DNA of 64,000 bases from Lama glama (taxonomy: Eukaryota), in contig CM052817.1 in assembly GCA_028534125.1 (NCBI GenBank), forward strand, positions 71,240,001-71,304,000, given 5' to 3'. The number at the start of each line of letters is the position of its first letter. The stretch's first letter is position 1. The notes beneath the pieces were generated by a model. It was given only the letters and a program-made list of their open reading frames with translations. It did no database searches and had not been told where the DNA came from. Of the stretch, positions 11,880-24,541 are shown in pieces. A program made the translations under genes and the position numbers.

Positions 11880-12835
11880 AGGTGCAAGTAAATAAGTAAT
11901 TATGTTAATGTCCTAATTTCAGGGTAGGAGAGGCACACGTTTAAATTCAAAGAAACAAAAACCTTTTAGTCTTAACTTTGAATTGGACGTTGACAGTGAA
12001 CCATAATTTTTTTTTCTTTCTAAAAATAAGTACTGCCTGTCTCCACTGATAAGGTACAGTAAGTCATGACCACCCCTAGTGCCAGATTGTGTTCTTTACA
12101 TACCATCTCCTATTAAAAGAAATAAAGGCTCCTTAAAGAAAGGGCTGGAGTATGAAAGGTATAAGATACGTCAGGTAGAGGCACTTTGTATCAGAAAGTA
12201 AGGAAGCTATCAGAGGCTAGTAAGTGGTATTAAAAGACATAGGACCGAACTTGAAGGAGTTCTCACAAGCCAAAGATGAAACAATTTAAGCCTTAAAAAG
12301 GACAATAATAACAAAGGATTTAAATAAAAATAAATATTTAAAAATAATGAAGAAAAATTCTTTATTTCAGCTAATAACTGCTGAAGTAATGATAAAATTA
12401 GCATACCACCATTTTGCAACCCCTCAAGAGTGGATGAATCCAGGTGAGGATCAATAGCTGCTAAAACCATAAGGTTTAAAGCTGGCAGGGAAATTTCTAA
12501 CAGATGGATCAGGGTGACATGTCGATTCCACTGATCATCTTAACGTTGCCAAGAAGAAACAACAGATGTCATGTGCCTCCCCATGTGATGGTGTAAGACA
12601 TGTTCTTGAAAAAAAAAAAAATTGAATCCCAACATTATCAATTCCCCAGTTCTCACTACCAGTCAACTATCAGTTTATAGAAAACACAGAGGATAGAGAA
12701 ACATGGTTAATACCACCAAGATGGGAAATTCTATAAGATAAAACAAATAGGTGCCATGACAAAAAATAGGGAAAGGAAATTGATACAGAATAAAAGAAAC
12801 TTAAGAGACATATCAACTAAACGTAATGCATGGAT
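11880..12835 (+). mobile_element. Old L1 3'UTR (L1MC-like)
   Basis: Motifs such as cttaactttgaattgg, taccatctcctattaaaagaaataaaggctcctta and aagagacatatcaactaaacgtaatg. Confidence 0.55.
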
Positions 12836-12849
12836 GGAGATTGTACGTA

Positions 12850-14900
12850 AAAAATGAATTGTATTATAAAGATTTCATTTTTCTTTTGTGATTTCCTTGT
12901 ATAATCTGCTTGTTTTACACTTTGTTAGCACCTGTTTTACAAACACGACTTAGAGTTCAATGCTGTGATTTTTGAAGACTGAGTGAACGATGAAAAAGAA
13001 TTCTAGGCAATTCTGATAGTAAAAAAGAATCACAACTTAAAAATGCTGCAATGGCTCCAGCAAAATTGAAAAGACAAAAAACAAACAAACAAAAACCCAC
13101 AGTAAAGGAGCAAATAATTTCAAGTGGCCTTTGGAACCCCAGAGTAAAAAATCTGTTTTAAAAAAGTCACCTTTATTTGACACAACAGTGCAAAATGATT
13201 ATAAATCAATAAAAAAAAAGTTAAAAAAAAAGATATGAAGAAAAAAGTCACCTTTTAGAAAAGGAAGTTATTAAGTGGCAGAACCTTTTGACTAACAAAG
13301 GGGAAAAAGTTCCAAAATTGGTAAGAACATCACAATTCTAGTATGTAAATTTATAGAGAGTAAAATGTAAGAACAAGACATAATATGAGAAACTAAAAAA
13401 GTTTCACTCTTAAAGTTCAATAAATTGATATAACTGATGACATATCACATGATGCTAAAGATATTTTTGTATAATAAGCCAAAAAACAACTTTTATTCAG
13501 ATTGATAAATGAACAGATTTCAACAACAAATTTATTAGGATAGCACCTGTGCAATATGTAAATTGTGGTGAAATTCAAGAAAATTTTTCTGCTATAAAAT
13601 GCTGCCCCAAACAAGCAAAGGCCAAGATACATTTACTGTTTTGTCTTCATATTGGAAACAAAAGGTACATCTTGGAGGAAATGAGTTGGCATCTGCACTG
13701 ATGGTGCCCTGTCAATGATCTGAGCATTGTTCCCTGAGAGGGTTCACTCTCATGAAAGAGAAAATCCTGATGTATTCACAACACACTGCTCTCCTCCCAG
13801 AGAGGTGCTGGTGTTAGAAACTTTTGGAGCTAAAATGAAAAGAATTCTGGATGATGCTACAAAAATGATTAAAGTTGTCAAAGGCCAGTTTACTTGAGAA
13901 TATTTAAAAAACTATGTAAACACCTGGACAAAAGACCACATAAATCTGCCATATACATAAAATCTTATGACTTAAGAGATCACTGGATCTGGGGGAAGCT
14001 AGCTGCCATGTCGTGAGAATGCTTAAGCACTCAGTTAAGAGGCCCATGTGGCAAGGAACTGAGTGTCCTTGGCAACAGAGAGCATTAGCTTGCTAGGCAC
14101 ATGAGTGAGCCACCTCAGAAATTGATCCTCCACCCTCAGTTGTGCTTTCAGTTGTCTCTAGCCCCTGTCAACATCATGACTGCAACCTCATGAGACCTGG
14201 AGCCAGAACCATCCAGCTAAGCTGCTCCTGAATTTCTGATTTACAGAGATTACGCAACATAATGTTTATTGTATCAAGCCACTAAATGTTGGGGTAATTT
14301 GTTACACAGGGAGAGAAACTAATATTGATTTTGATTAACAGGATGTTTGAGCTGAAAAGTGAACTGTGGGAATACGAGGGCCTGGAGAAAATATTTATAT
14401 CAAGTGACAAGATTCTTAGGTTTAAATGGAAACCGAATCTTTGGAAAAAGCATATGGCAATAGAAATCACTGAAATGTTTCTGCTGCTGCTTGTACTTGA
14501 GAGTGAGCAAATTTCAAGTTGAGACCAAACCACCTGGTGGAATTGCAGAACAGGAAGAGTTTGTGAGATTATGGTTATAAATGTAAGATGAAATTTACTG
14601 ACTTGCCCTTCTACAAGTGCTGGATTTCTGTGAAAGCAACCTACCATTCATACAAAAGTAATAAACATTTTATCATTCCAACTTCCTGTGTGAGCAAGCT
14701 TTTTCTTAGTGAATGAGCATGAAGAACAGTGACAGAAATCATCTCATTTCAGTTGAAAATGAAATCTATGTATGCCAGTCTCAAGATCAACTCAGAATTG
14801 ACTATATACACAGCAAAAGACAAGCAAAGATTTCATACTAAACAGGTAAATATCATTTTTTTTAGTTTCAAAAGTAATACTTTCATACACATACAGGAAA
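12850..14900 (+). mobile_element. hAT-Charlie DNA transposon fossil (degenerate transposase), split by an MLT1 LTR
   Basis: 13684-13708 gttggcatctgcactgatggtgcc = VGICTDGA (hAT catalytic motif), then THC..RE and LDDA.KMI-like segments; multiple frameshifts. Confidence 0.75.
13978..14325 (+). mobile_element. MLT1-type MaLR LTR
   Basis: ggggaagctagctgccatgt...aggcccatgtggcaaggaactgag...gccactaaatgttggggtaatttgttacacag...aactaata. Confidence 0.8.
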
Positions 14901-14994
14901 AGAATAATATTCATTAAAATCAAATTGCAATCTACTAAATTAAATGAAAATTTGAAGTTTCCTCTCCCACTTATTTTGCATCAGAATTGATATC

Positions 14995-15107
14995 CTATTA
15001 TAATAACTATAAATGGAATATAACCTTTAAAATTATGAATCACTATATTGTACACCTGTAACTTATATAATATTGTATAACAACTATTCTTCAATTTAAA
15101 AAAAAGA
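14995..15107 (+). mobile_element. Short L1 3' tail
   Basis: tatgaatcactatattgtacacctgtaacttatataatattgta...cttcaatttaaaaaaaa; similar copy at 50415-50505. Confidence 0.7.
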
Positions 15108-16899
15108 ATTGATATCCTTTGTGAGAAGGGGGAAACAACATAGAGTAGGCTAATAAATTGGACAAAAATAAACAGATTCATGGAAAAACACCATTCTCTA
15201 CTCAAAAGAGCACTGAGTTGTACAACAATGTGAACCACTGAATTATACACTTCAAAATTAATAGTGTGGTACATTTTATGTTATGTGTATTTTACCACAG
15301 CTGAAAAAAAAGAGCATAGACAATTATTACTGGATTATTATGTCTACATGTCTATAAACTGCTGATCGTGTTAACATAACAGGATGGAGATACACATATA
15401 TATAAAATTTGTATGCAGGATTTTCTGACATAAAAATTACTTCAATGATTCCTCCAGGGTAAAAAAGACAGAAAAAGGCTGATCTAGTGGGTGGGAAATA
15501 CAGATTTTTCAAGAAGGAAGTGTTCTACAATGGCAGAGAAAGAGAAGCAAGATCATGATGCTGGCCTGATGAGGTGGAGAAATGTTGTACAGCTGGAGTG
15601 AAATAAAATTAATTATATAGAAAGTTTAATCAATGGAGAAATTTTATCTTAGAGTTGTTGCTAAAGGAAATGGAGAATTACTTGGGGTCCTGAGAATGGC
15701 TTTGGTATGAGGAAACTGAATAAGTTCAGTATGTCATCATATGCAGTACAGATGGAAGTAAAGTTAAGACCGGAATCATTTATTTTGAGGCAACAAAGAT
15801 GCTCAGAATGTGAGGATGTTGTAGTTCTCTGTAATTATTTCTGGAGTTTCGAGTTGTAGATTATATTGGGTGATTCAGGGTAGGAATAACAGAGGAAAGT
15901 GTGGCAGAGACAACAGGAGGCTTGTAACGACAGTAGAAAGCTACTTTAGAATGAATGAATAGAAATTGATATCATTAAATAAGAGAGACTGCAACCAAGG
16001 CTGGGTGGGATGGTGAAAATGATGGTAGAGAAGGAGGGTGCTCAAAGATTTGAGTCCACAGATTCGGAAACCAAGAGTATGATGCTACCATGAAGACAAA
16101 CAGGGAATTGGAATGATGAATAACTTGGAAAGAGGAAGGAATGAGATTGTGGGTGGTGGTGCAGAAAAGGACTGTGGGCTGTGAGAATCTATGGTTCTAG
16201 TTTGTCCTTCTAACTAGCTGAGGAAGTCAACTCGCTTCACTGAATGTCAATTCCTTACATATAAAATAAAGGGGCACCATGTAATCTCGAAAGCCCCATA
16301 AAAATTCAGTGGTTTCATCACATTGAGTTGGAGAAAACAGTGGGATATCAAAGGGAGATAAAACACTGAACATCAACAAAACAAAACAGAGCAGGGTAGC
16401 TATGAATAACTCCTCCTCTGTAGGATGTATAGAATTTAAAGTACATTTGACAAATCTGAATAAAAATTCATTGATCAAATTTCCTTTCTATATTACTGTT
16501 AGGTGCTTTCTCAAGAAACTTATACTTTAGTGAGACGACATATTGTGATTCCTAGTATTTCCGCAGTTAGGTTTACGAACTTCTTCCAATATGAAAATAA
16601 CCCTCTGAAAAAGGTACCAATCCCCACCCTCTTTCAAAGAAGCGGTTGACTGTGTTAAATACTAAAGTAAGGTCTCAGAAGATTCGAGTGAAAAGAGACC
16701 AACCAAATTTAATAAATGGGAGATGGCTAGCTTTTTGGGGGAGAGAAGTTTTAGCGGAAGTCAGATACTAAAGGCTTAAAGACATAAGGGGAAGAGGGCT
16801 TGTAGTATCGGCAGTGTACAGCCTGTCGGTGCTCAAAACGTACTTGACAAAAGAATAAACTATCTGGTACGAAAGATAAAAATATATAATCGGCTTTCT

Positions 16900-17598
16900 G
16901 TCAGATAACATAGTATTTTAAAAGTATACGCACGCATGCATTTTTTTTTCCCTTTAGTGAAACCGTAGGACAAATCGACAGCATAAGAGAGCCCACAACG
17001 CGCGTACTTCAAAAGATCCGGAAGAAACAAGCGACTCGAAAGAACGCAGACGTGCTCTTCCACTGAGTTCCGACGCGACCAGACCCACCTCCCGCCAGCG
17101 CGCGGCTCAAAACTCCTCAGAGCTTCGGGCGGAACAGCTGCAGGAGCTGGCAACCAACCGACGAGCGCCGGGACCGCAGTGCAACCTGAGAAGCCAGAAC
17201 GCACGGCCAATCCGCTCCTGCCAGGACCCCGCCGGGCTGCTGGGAGAGAGGCGGTCCCTGACGCCAGCCATCTCCAACGGCAACCCCGCGGCGGTACTTC
17301 CTGCAGCGCCCTAAGGTAAAGGACGCCGCTGTTGTACGTCACTTCCTCTGCTCGCGGTAGGCAAGTAGACGTAACTGTCGTAAGTTAGCGGTTGAAATTA
17401 GATCTTATTGATACTCCTACAGCGCTGAACGTTGTTTCGGAAAAGTGACAGCGTTGCTGGTTCTGCCGGTGACCGGCTGGTTTTGTAAACCAGTTATTCG
17501 ACTGTTTAGTCGGTCCCCTCCTCCTCACCCCCCGCTTTGTGCCGGTACGGTGGCCGAGGAGGCTCTTGTGCGGCGGAAGTACCGGGCGGGTGGGTGTG
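16900..17598 (+). promoter_or_regulatory. GAR1: CpG-island promoter and presumed non-coding first exon of GAR1
   Basis: Sharp rise in CpG density; CCAAT (17206), ETS cores (ACTTCCTG 17297, CGGAAGT 17574), CRE half-site fused to ETS (TACGTCACTTCC 17335-17346); lies upstream of GAR1 exons. Confidence 0.85.
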
Positions 17599-18098
17599 NN
17601 NNNNNNNNNNNNNNNNNNNNNNNNNNNNNNNNNNNNNNNNNNNNNNNNNNNNNNNNNNNNNNNNNNNNNNNNNNNNNNNNNNNNNNNNNNNNNNNNNNNN
17701 NNNNNNNNNNNNNNNNNNNNNNNNNNNNNNNNNNNNNNNNNNNNNNNNNNNNNNNNNNNNNNNNNNNNNNNNNNNNNNNNNNNNNNNNNNNNNNNNNNNN
17801 NNNNNNNNNNNNNNNNNNNNNNNNNNNNNNNNNNNNNNNNNNNNNNNNNNNNNNNNNNNNNNNNNNNNNNNNNNNNNNNNNNNNNNNNNNNNNNNNNNNN
17901 NNNNNNNNNNNNNNNNNNNNNNNNNNNNNNNNNNNNNNNNNNNNNNNNNNNNNNNNNNNNNNNNNNNNNNNNNNNNNNNNNNNNNNNNNNNNNNNNNNNN
18001 NNNNNNNNNNNNNNNNNNNNNNNNNNNNNNNNNNNNNNNNNNNNNNNNNNNNNNNNNNNNNNNNNNNNNNNNNNNNNNNNNNNNNNNNNNNNNNNNNN
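17599..18098. other. Assembly gap (500 N), probably hiding the GAR1 first coding exon
   Basis: N run; no MSFRGG/N-terminal RGG exon is visible in the sequenced DNA upstream of 19276. Confidence 0.9.
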
Positions 18099-18929
18099 AT
18101 AATATGCGCTTACTCCTATTGTCCCTATTTCGCAGATAAGAAAACTGTAATTGAGAGCTAAGTTTCTTCGCTAGGGTCAAGTGATAAGTGATCTTAAATG
18201 ATATATTTGAGGTACTAAGTCATGTTTTCTGACTCCAAAGCCCATGCTTTCAATTGCAGTAAGAGAAATGAGGAAAAAAAATTGCTTGGAAGGGAAACTA
18301 CAGCGGAAAAGTCAAGAAAAGGGCCTAATTAGAGCAGTTTTGGAATAATTATCAATGAGGAAGGATGAAAGTCATGGAAAGTTAGACAGATTTGACAATA
18401 GAAGCCTACATCAAAGAGGAAAAAGGATGAACAGAGTCTAATGTAAAGAGTAGGTGGGATTGGTATGCAAGATGCTTTGAAGGGGTCAGCAGCTTGAATC
18501 AAAGATCCTAGCCTACAAGCCTAGCCTATAACAGTCCGTGCATGACACTTTGAGAGCATGGTGGAAATGAGGAAAGAAAAGAAGTGTTAGACGGGAGAGA
18601 TATTTAATGGAGACAAAGTCAGGACAACTTGGTTAATACTAAGAATAAAAGGGTCTAGGTTTTGAGCTGGGGTGATAGGCATGGATAGTTGGTTTTGTAG
18701 GAATATGATGAGTAGTTTTGTTTAGGTTAACCATAAGTTAGATATAAAGGTAGTATTTTGAGGTTCTAGACTTCCTTGGAAAAGACTGAAGTCATTGATG
18801 AAGAGGTGGTGCTGGGAAGTTATGAAGTGGGGGAAAAAAGACAGGAGATCAACAGAGACTGACTTAGGGATGAAGAGATGGAAGAAGAGACAGTAGAATG
18901 AAGCATAGTTTAATCACATACTAATAGTT

Positions 18930-19140
18930 ATTATAATAAAATAACTTACTATAGGTTGAGTTCTCAATGTGCCAGGTACTTTCTAAGCACTTGACATTTA
19001 TCATTGCACGTAATCCTCACAATACTAGATGTTAGGTGTCGGTACTGTTACTACCCCTACATTAAAGATGAGGACACTGAAGCAGAGGGAAGGCAAGAAC
19101 CTTACCCCAGGTCACATAGCTAGTATGTAGTGGACCAACT
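18930..19140 (-). mobile_element. MIR SINE
   Basis: aatgtgccaggtact...aagatgaggacactgaagcagagg...aggtcacatagctagt (MIR core). Other MIRs near 18130, 22530-22745, 28860-29010, 29400-29580, 30920-31130, 47110-47270, 48090-48420, 55190-55430 and 63340-63460. Confidence 0.8.
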
Positions 19141-19275
19141 CAGGAAGGCTTTTTTTGCCTCAGAGGAGAACAGATACGATGAAATCGCAGGTAGCCAAGG
19201 AGAAAGCTTCAGAAGAGGTTGGTCAGTATCACTTGAAATTGTTTTATATTGTAACATTTTCTTGTCCTCTTTCAG

Positions 19276-19430
19276 TATTGGGAGAGTTCCTGCACCCCTG
19301 TGAAGATGACATAGTTTGTAAATGTACCACGGATGAAAATAAGGTGCCTTATTTCAATGCTCCAGTTTATTTAGAAAATAAAGAACAGATTGGAAAAGTG
19401 GATGAAATATTTGGACAACTTAGAGATTTT
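19276..19430 (+). CDS. GAR1: GAR1 internal coding exon ([16 protein letters not shown]...[13 protein letters not shown])
   Basis: Acceptor tttcag|, 155 nt, Gar1 core domain sequence, donor |gtatcctttt. Confidence 0.97.
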
Positions 19431-19900
19431 GTATCCTTTTTAACTGGAAGATGTAGCCATCTCATTGAAAGGTTATTATTTGCCTTTTCTGGAGCCATGT
19501 ATTGATTAAATTAAAATTGTTTCTTCATTAAATTGGACAGAGTATTGGTAACATTCGACCATAAGGGAAAATCAAGAGAGAAGAATGTGTTTCCGCATAT
19601 ATTGAGAAGGTAGGCCGTATACGTGCGACTTCCTTTTTGGAAGGTTTTAGAAATGATTGCCATTTGGATAAGTGTCACAGGGTTGACGTACTTTGCTTTG
19701 GATATGATGATGCCACTGTAATATGGTGGAATTGGAAGTTTTAAAACAAAAGTGAAAACTTCATTGCTACTTGGAAACTCATTTCTTACTTTTTCTAAAT
19801 ATTTCCATATATTATAAACTTGTTGTTTTTAAAATTGCACATGAATTCAGAAGGTTATCGTCTTCAATCTTAATTGCTTATTCCTTAATAGAGTTAATAG
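19431..19900 (+). other. GAR1: U12-type (minor spliceosome) GT-AG intron of GAR1
   Basis: 5' site GTATCCTTT; branch motif TTCCTTAAT at 19881-19889 with its adenosines 12-13 nt from the 3' end; no polypyrimidine tract. Confidence 0.92.
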
Positions 19901-19960
19901 TATTTTTCAGTTAAATTGTCAGAAAACATGAAGGCATCTTCCTTTAAAAAACTACAGAAG
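19901..19960 (+). CDS. GAR1: GAR1 coding exon (YFSVKLSENMKASSFKKLQK)
   Basis: 60 nt, phase 0/0, taatag| and |gtgagt; continues the Gar1 domain. Confidence 0.96.
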
Positions 19961-20299
19961 GTGAGTCAAGCCTTTGATACGTAGGATCCTTGGTCTTATA
20001 AGCAAAAGACCTACGGTAGTTATTAGGACAGTTTTACATAGGGCACTTGTTACTCCCTCAGTATGTCACTAGTGAAGCTCTTAAACTGAGATGTTCTGTA
20101 CTTTAGACATTGAACTTACCAATCTTTAAAGAAATGTATCAAATTCAGTTTTTCAGAAAGTAATCCTTGGTCATATTAGCAAATTCTGTAACTGCTAGAG
20201 TATATTTTTTAGCTTATATAAAACTCATTGGAAAGCTTGTGTTCTAAGTATAACTTGCATTATGAAGCTTATATTATCTGGGAGAAGTCAGGTATTAAA

Positions 20300-21580
20300 T
20301 GATTTTACAGATATTTCAGTAACATGATATATGCTGTAAAGGAGAAATATAGGCTGCTATGACAATTTTAGTAGTGAGACAAAGTTTAGTGTATTGGCTT
20401 TCTGAGATTGTGAGCTTGAAGCTGAGACCTGCAAGTTGACTACGAGTGACTCCCAAATCTGGTTGCACAATACCTGGGGGAGCTTTTTAGAGGATGTATT
20501 TCTAGGATGTACTCCTAAACCCAGTGGGTCCTAGGGACAAGGATTCAGTTTTAAAAAGGAAAAGTGGATGATTTTGATAAGTTTAGGCTAGCACTTGGGA
20601 ACCACTGCACTAGCCAAAGAGGAGGAGGAAGTGCATTATAAGTAGGCAAGTCTCAGATAGTAAGCCACTTCAAGGATCTAAAATAGGCAGAGGTAGAGCT
20701 TGGACATAGAACATTTAGGAGGAGTGAAGAATGTTGTGAATTAATGGTTGCAGAGGTAGGCAGAGGCTAGATTATTAAGGCTTTCAGGTTATGAAAAGAA
20801 TTTAGACTTTAATTTTGTTTTGAAATATAAGGATATATATGATTAAATTTATATTTAAAAGAGGGCACTGAAAAAATAAAAGAGCACCTGGAAAGAAATC
20901 AGAACTCTATGTGAAGGGACCACGTTGGAGACTGCTGCTTTAGTCCTGGAAGAAATATTTAAGACTAGGGTAGTAACAGTGGAAATGGAGAAAAAGTTGT
21001 TGAATTTATGAGAGATACAGAAAGTAGAATTGATAGGTCTTGATAATTGATTAGCTATTGAAGTTGAAGTAAAAAGTATCACCATCTTTTCAGCTGTCTG
21101 ATTTCAACATCTTGTGGATGGTATCACCGTTCACTAAAATGGGCAACACTAGAGAACAAAGAAATTAGGGGAAGATAATGAATTTAGTTTTGGGCATAAA
21201 GAGTTTGAAGCATTTGTGAGATATTCAGTGGTTAGGAACGCAAAGGAAGAGTCTGGATTAGAGATGGATTTGGGAAGTTGTCATTGGATAGACAGTGTAT
21301 GATATAGTCTAGGAAGAGAGAGAGAGGGGAACAGAGCTTTGGGGCACCTTTAAATTTATTTATATCTGTTAATGGAGACTGAGCAGTAATTGCCAGTAAA
21401 GGAGGAGGCCAACGGGGAGAGTTTCATAAAAGTGATGTCACCAAAGTAAAGCGAACAGAATGTTTCCAAGAAGTGCTCAAGTGGCAAAATGCAAAGTATT
21501 TATTGGATTTAACAACTTGGAGATCAACAGATCATGGAGCCAATGGAGTGGTAGGCTCATAAGCCAGGTTGGAATAGTAG
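20300..21580 (-). mobile_element. L2 remnant with an internal MER5-like element (about 20448-20610)
   Basis: Purine-rich antisense L2 motifs (accgttcactaaaatgggcaacactag, gaatttagttttgggcat); MER5-like end ttgggaaccactg. Confidence 0.6.
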
Positions 21581-21898
21581 ATGAGATGGGGACAGTGCCT
21601 GGTTGCTAGTGTATGGCTACTGGCTGTAGAAACCCTGAGAAGTACCCACTGGGAAACTGCACTGCTGCAGGTGGTCCCGAGAGCCAGGCTTCTCATTTGG
21701 TGACCTGAGAAAAGAATTTGTCTGTAATAGCCACTTGAATTTGATCTGGATTCCTGCCTTTTCTCACATCACTATTTGAGCATTTGTTATTTAGTGTTTT
21801 TTATCGTAGATGCGAAATTGTACATTCTTCCTTTCTCATTTTAAGATCTACTGTTCATTCCTTCCTTATCAGCCTAGGTTATTATTTTAGTCTCTAGA

Positions 21899-22085
21899 CT
21901 GATGCTGTCCAGTTGAATTTTCTTAATGGTGGAAATCCCTGCCCAATGCAGTAGCCACTAGCCATTTGTAGCTGTTGGGTACCTGAAATGTGGCTAGTGT
22001 GACTCAGAAACTGAACTTTAAGTGTTGGTTAATTTAAGTCTAAATAGGCACTTGTGGCTAGTGGCTGCCATATTGGACAATGCAG
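21899..22085. mobile_element. MER3-like hAT MITE
   Basis: Terminal inverted repeats (tgctgtcca...tggacaatgca), internal inverted tagccactagcca/tggctagtggct, flanking ctagac repeats. Confidence 0.8.
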
Positions 22086-22794
22086 AACTAGACAGTGTTT
22101 TTGAGGGATATATTTGTGAAGGGCAAAAGAGTGTAGGGTGATACTAAAGAGGGATTTAAACATCTTATTACAAGTAATACATTACAGATTTGAAGCATGT
22201 GTGTTTTGTGTAAAATTGTGTAATACACCTATTATATTTCATTATCTTGAAGAATATGCTCTTTAACCCCAAATACGGAGGGGGTAGGTTAATTTTTACA
22301 TATCTTCCATTACTTATGTTCAGTAAATAGTTACTGATTTGATCTTTTATTAAAGTCTTGAAATACCCAGCATGTCAGTGCTTCATTTTGAATTTTAATG
22401 CTACATTTTTAGTAATTTCATTTTTCTTGTGGCAATTCTGTTAGTGATAATGTGGTTAATTTTTGGAGGGCATTATCTATTTTTAAAGAGAAATGAGATT
22501 GAATTGGTCTTGGTTTTTATTTTTATTCATGTAATGTTTACTGTATGCTGAGTTTAAGTGCTTTATTTTTATACATTACTCTTGATCCTCACAAGTAGGC
22601 TCCTTATTATCTTCATCTTACAGATCAGAAAACTGAGGCACAAAGAAATTAAATCCTTGCCTAGGGTTTCACAGTAGTAAGTAGTAGAGTTGGGATTTGA
22701 ACCCAGGCTGTTGAGTCTAGCATGTAGGTTCTTGATAATTGTACTGTACCAGCCCCCCAACTCATCATGCTAATTGTTTCTATTATACTTCCAG

Positions 22795-22933
22795 TTTTAT
22801 ATAGACCCATATAAGCTGCTGCCATTGCAGAGGTTTTTACCTCGACCTCCAGGTGAGAAGGGACCTCCAAGAGGCGGTGGCAGGGGAGGTCGAGGAGGAG
22901 GAAGAGGCGGAGGTGGCAGAGGTGGTAGAGGTG
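22795..22933 (+). CDS. GAR1: GAR1 coding exon ([32 protein letters not shown]...)
   Basis: ttccag|, 139 nt, |gtaagt; end of the core domain and start of the C-terminal RGG region. Confidence 0.97.
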
Positions 22934-24541
22934 GTAAGTTACCTATGGGGGGAAATTTCTAATGAGATTTAATAAGTCTCAGCCAGCTTATGTAGTACAA
23001 TTTCATTCTGTATATAGGCAAACTTCCTTTATGTTTAATTTTTTAGTGAAGCTGTTTTCAAATCTTGGCTGATTGCCACAGTAATGATACCTAGTTTCAG
23101 TAACTTACTGAAAAAGAAAAAAGGTATTTTGAGGGATTTCATCTCTCTGGGTTATTCATGTTTTGATGAGCATTTTATGAAGTCCAAGATTATCTTAACT
23201 GAATTTTAGTTTTTTAGAACATCATTGAGTGGTGATTATATATCAGGAGCTGGTCATTTATTCTTTTAACATCCAAGTATATTCTTTTAATATTTAGCAA
23301 AACCTTGTGAAGTTAGGTGATAATCTTTATTATTTGTCCTAATCAGACAATTGGCAGCTCAGAAAAAAAACTCATATCTTATGATATCATGTCAGAGACT
23401 GCTACCAGTAAATTCACTGCTTTGATTTCAGTATTTATATATATATATACACATATACATATATATTTCACCAGAGTTTGGATATTTTCATCATTATGGG
23501 CAGCTGGATGATGAGCAGGGTGGGGGATGAGGGTGGATGCAGCATTGGGTGTGCTTAGATCTGTGACTCGTGTGGTGGGTGAGTGACAGGATGATGGGCA
23601 GAGCCAAAGTGGTGAAGGAGAGGGGCTGCAAATTAGGGTTGGACAGCTTCTGATACTGAATCAGGAAAGAGAGAATTCTGCTTTCACTTTTGCCTCTCAG
23701 CTGTCATTTCATTCCATAAATGTACCTTTTTGGGTCTGGATAGCTTGGAGGAAATCTCTTAAGAGACACGAACATATTTCTTTCTTAAATATTTTTGAGG
23801 AGTATCCCTTTGAGAATTTGATGAATGGAGATGCCCTCATTCCCATTCTGAATTCAGACTCATGTATACCATTTAAAAAATTTTCACAAGTCTATCAGTC
23901 TGGTTTCTTAAAACCTTTTTTTTATATCGGTAATTTGGAAGTATGTTTGTTTCCTCATTTTATAATTTCTTTTTCTATTTTATCATTCTTTACAAAGTTA
24001 GCTTCCAAAATAAGTAAAAATGGAGACTGCAATAGGAAGCCAACTGTGTTGGATGATAGAAAAATGCTTTAAAAACTTAATTTCAAGGCTCATCAGCATG
24101 TGAGCATCAGTGATGGTCTGTATGCAGCTCAATTAACCTTAAACATTATATTTATGGTAGTATCCCCAGAGCCAAACCACTCATATCTGCTACTTTTTGT
24201 TCCTTTGTTCTTAAGATAAAAAGTCTTATTTCAATTAAAAAAAGTATTTACCATAAGCAAAAGTTGAGGTACTCATATATTTAACAATAGGACTAAATTG
24301 AACTTCAAAGTAGCAAGCATTTCTAACTTATTAAAACAGAAAACTTGTTTAAAAAATTGTTACCTAGGGTTTTAACCTGCTGCTGTATTGGGAAATTACT
24401 ATAGAAAAAAAAACTATCTTTTAAAAAATTCTGCAAGATAAAATATGTGAGTCTCTATTTATAATTGCAAGAATTGTATTGATAGGCTTATTAGATGATG
24501 GTAGATTACTGTTATTTAATTAATGTTTCCTTTATTTTTAG

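Noticed and set aside
16860..17342. 160-aa antisense ORF in the GAR1 CpG island
   Set aside because: Expected stop-codon scarcity in GC-rich DNA; GTG start; no homology recognised.
17445..18180. Four long ORFs (187-238 aa) in the track
   Set aside because: Artefacts of translating through the 500-N gap.
19155..19275. Apparent alternative GAR1 N-terminus (MPQRRTDT...)
   Set aside because: Starts at TTG in intronic DNA and runs through the pyrimidine tract; no GAR1-like sequence.
19700..19800. Possible intronic C/D snoRNA (ATGATGA box) in GAR1
   Set aside because: No CTGA D box or terminal stem at a suitable distance.
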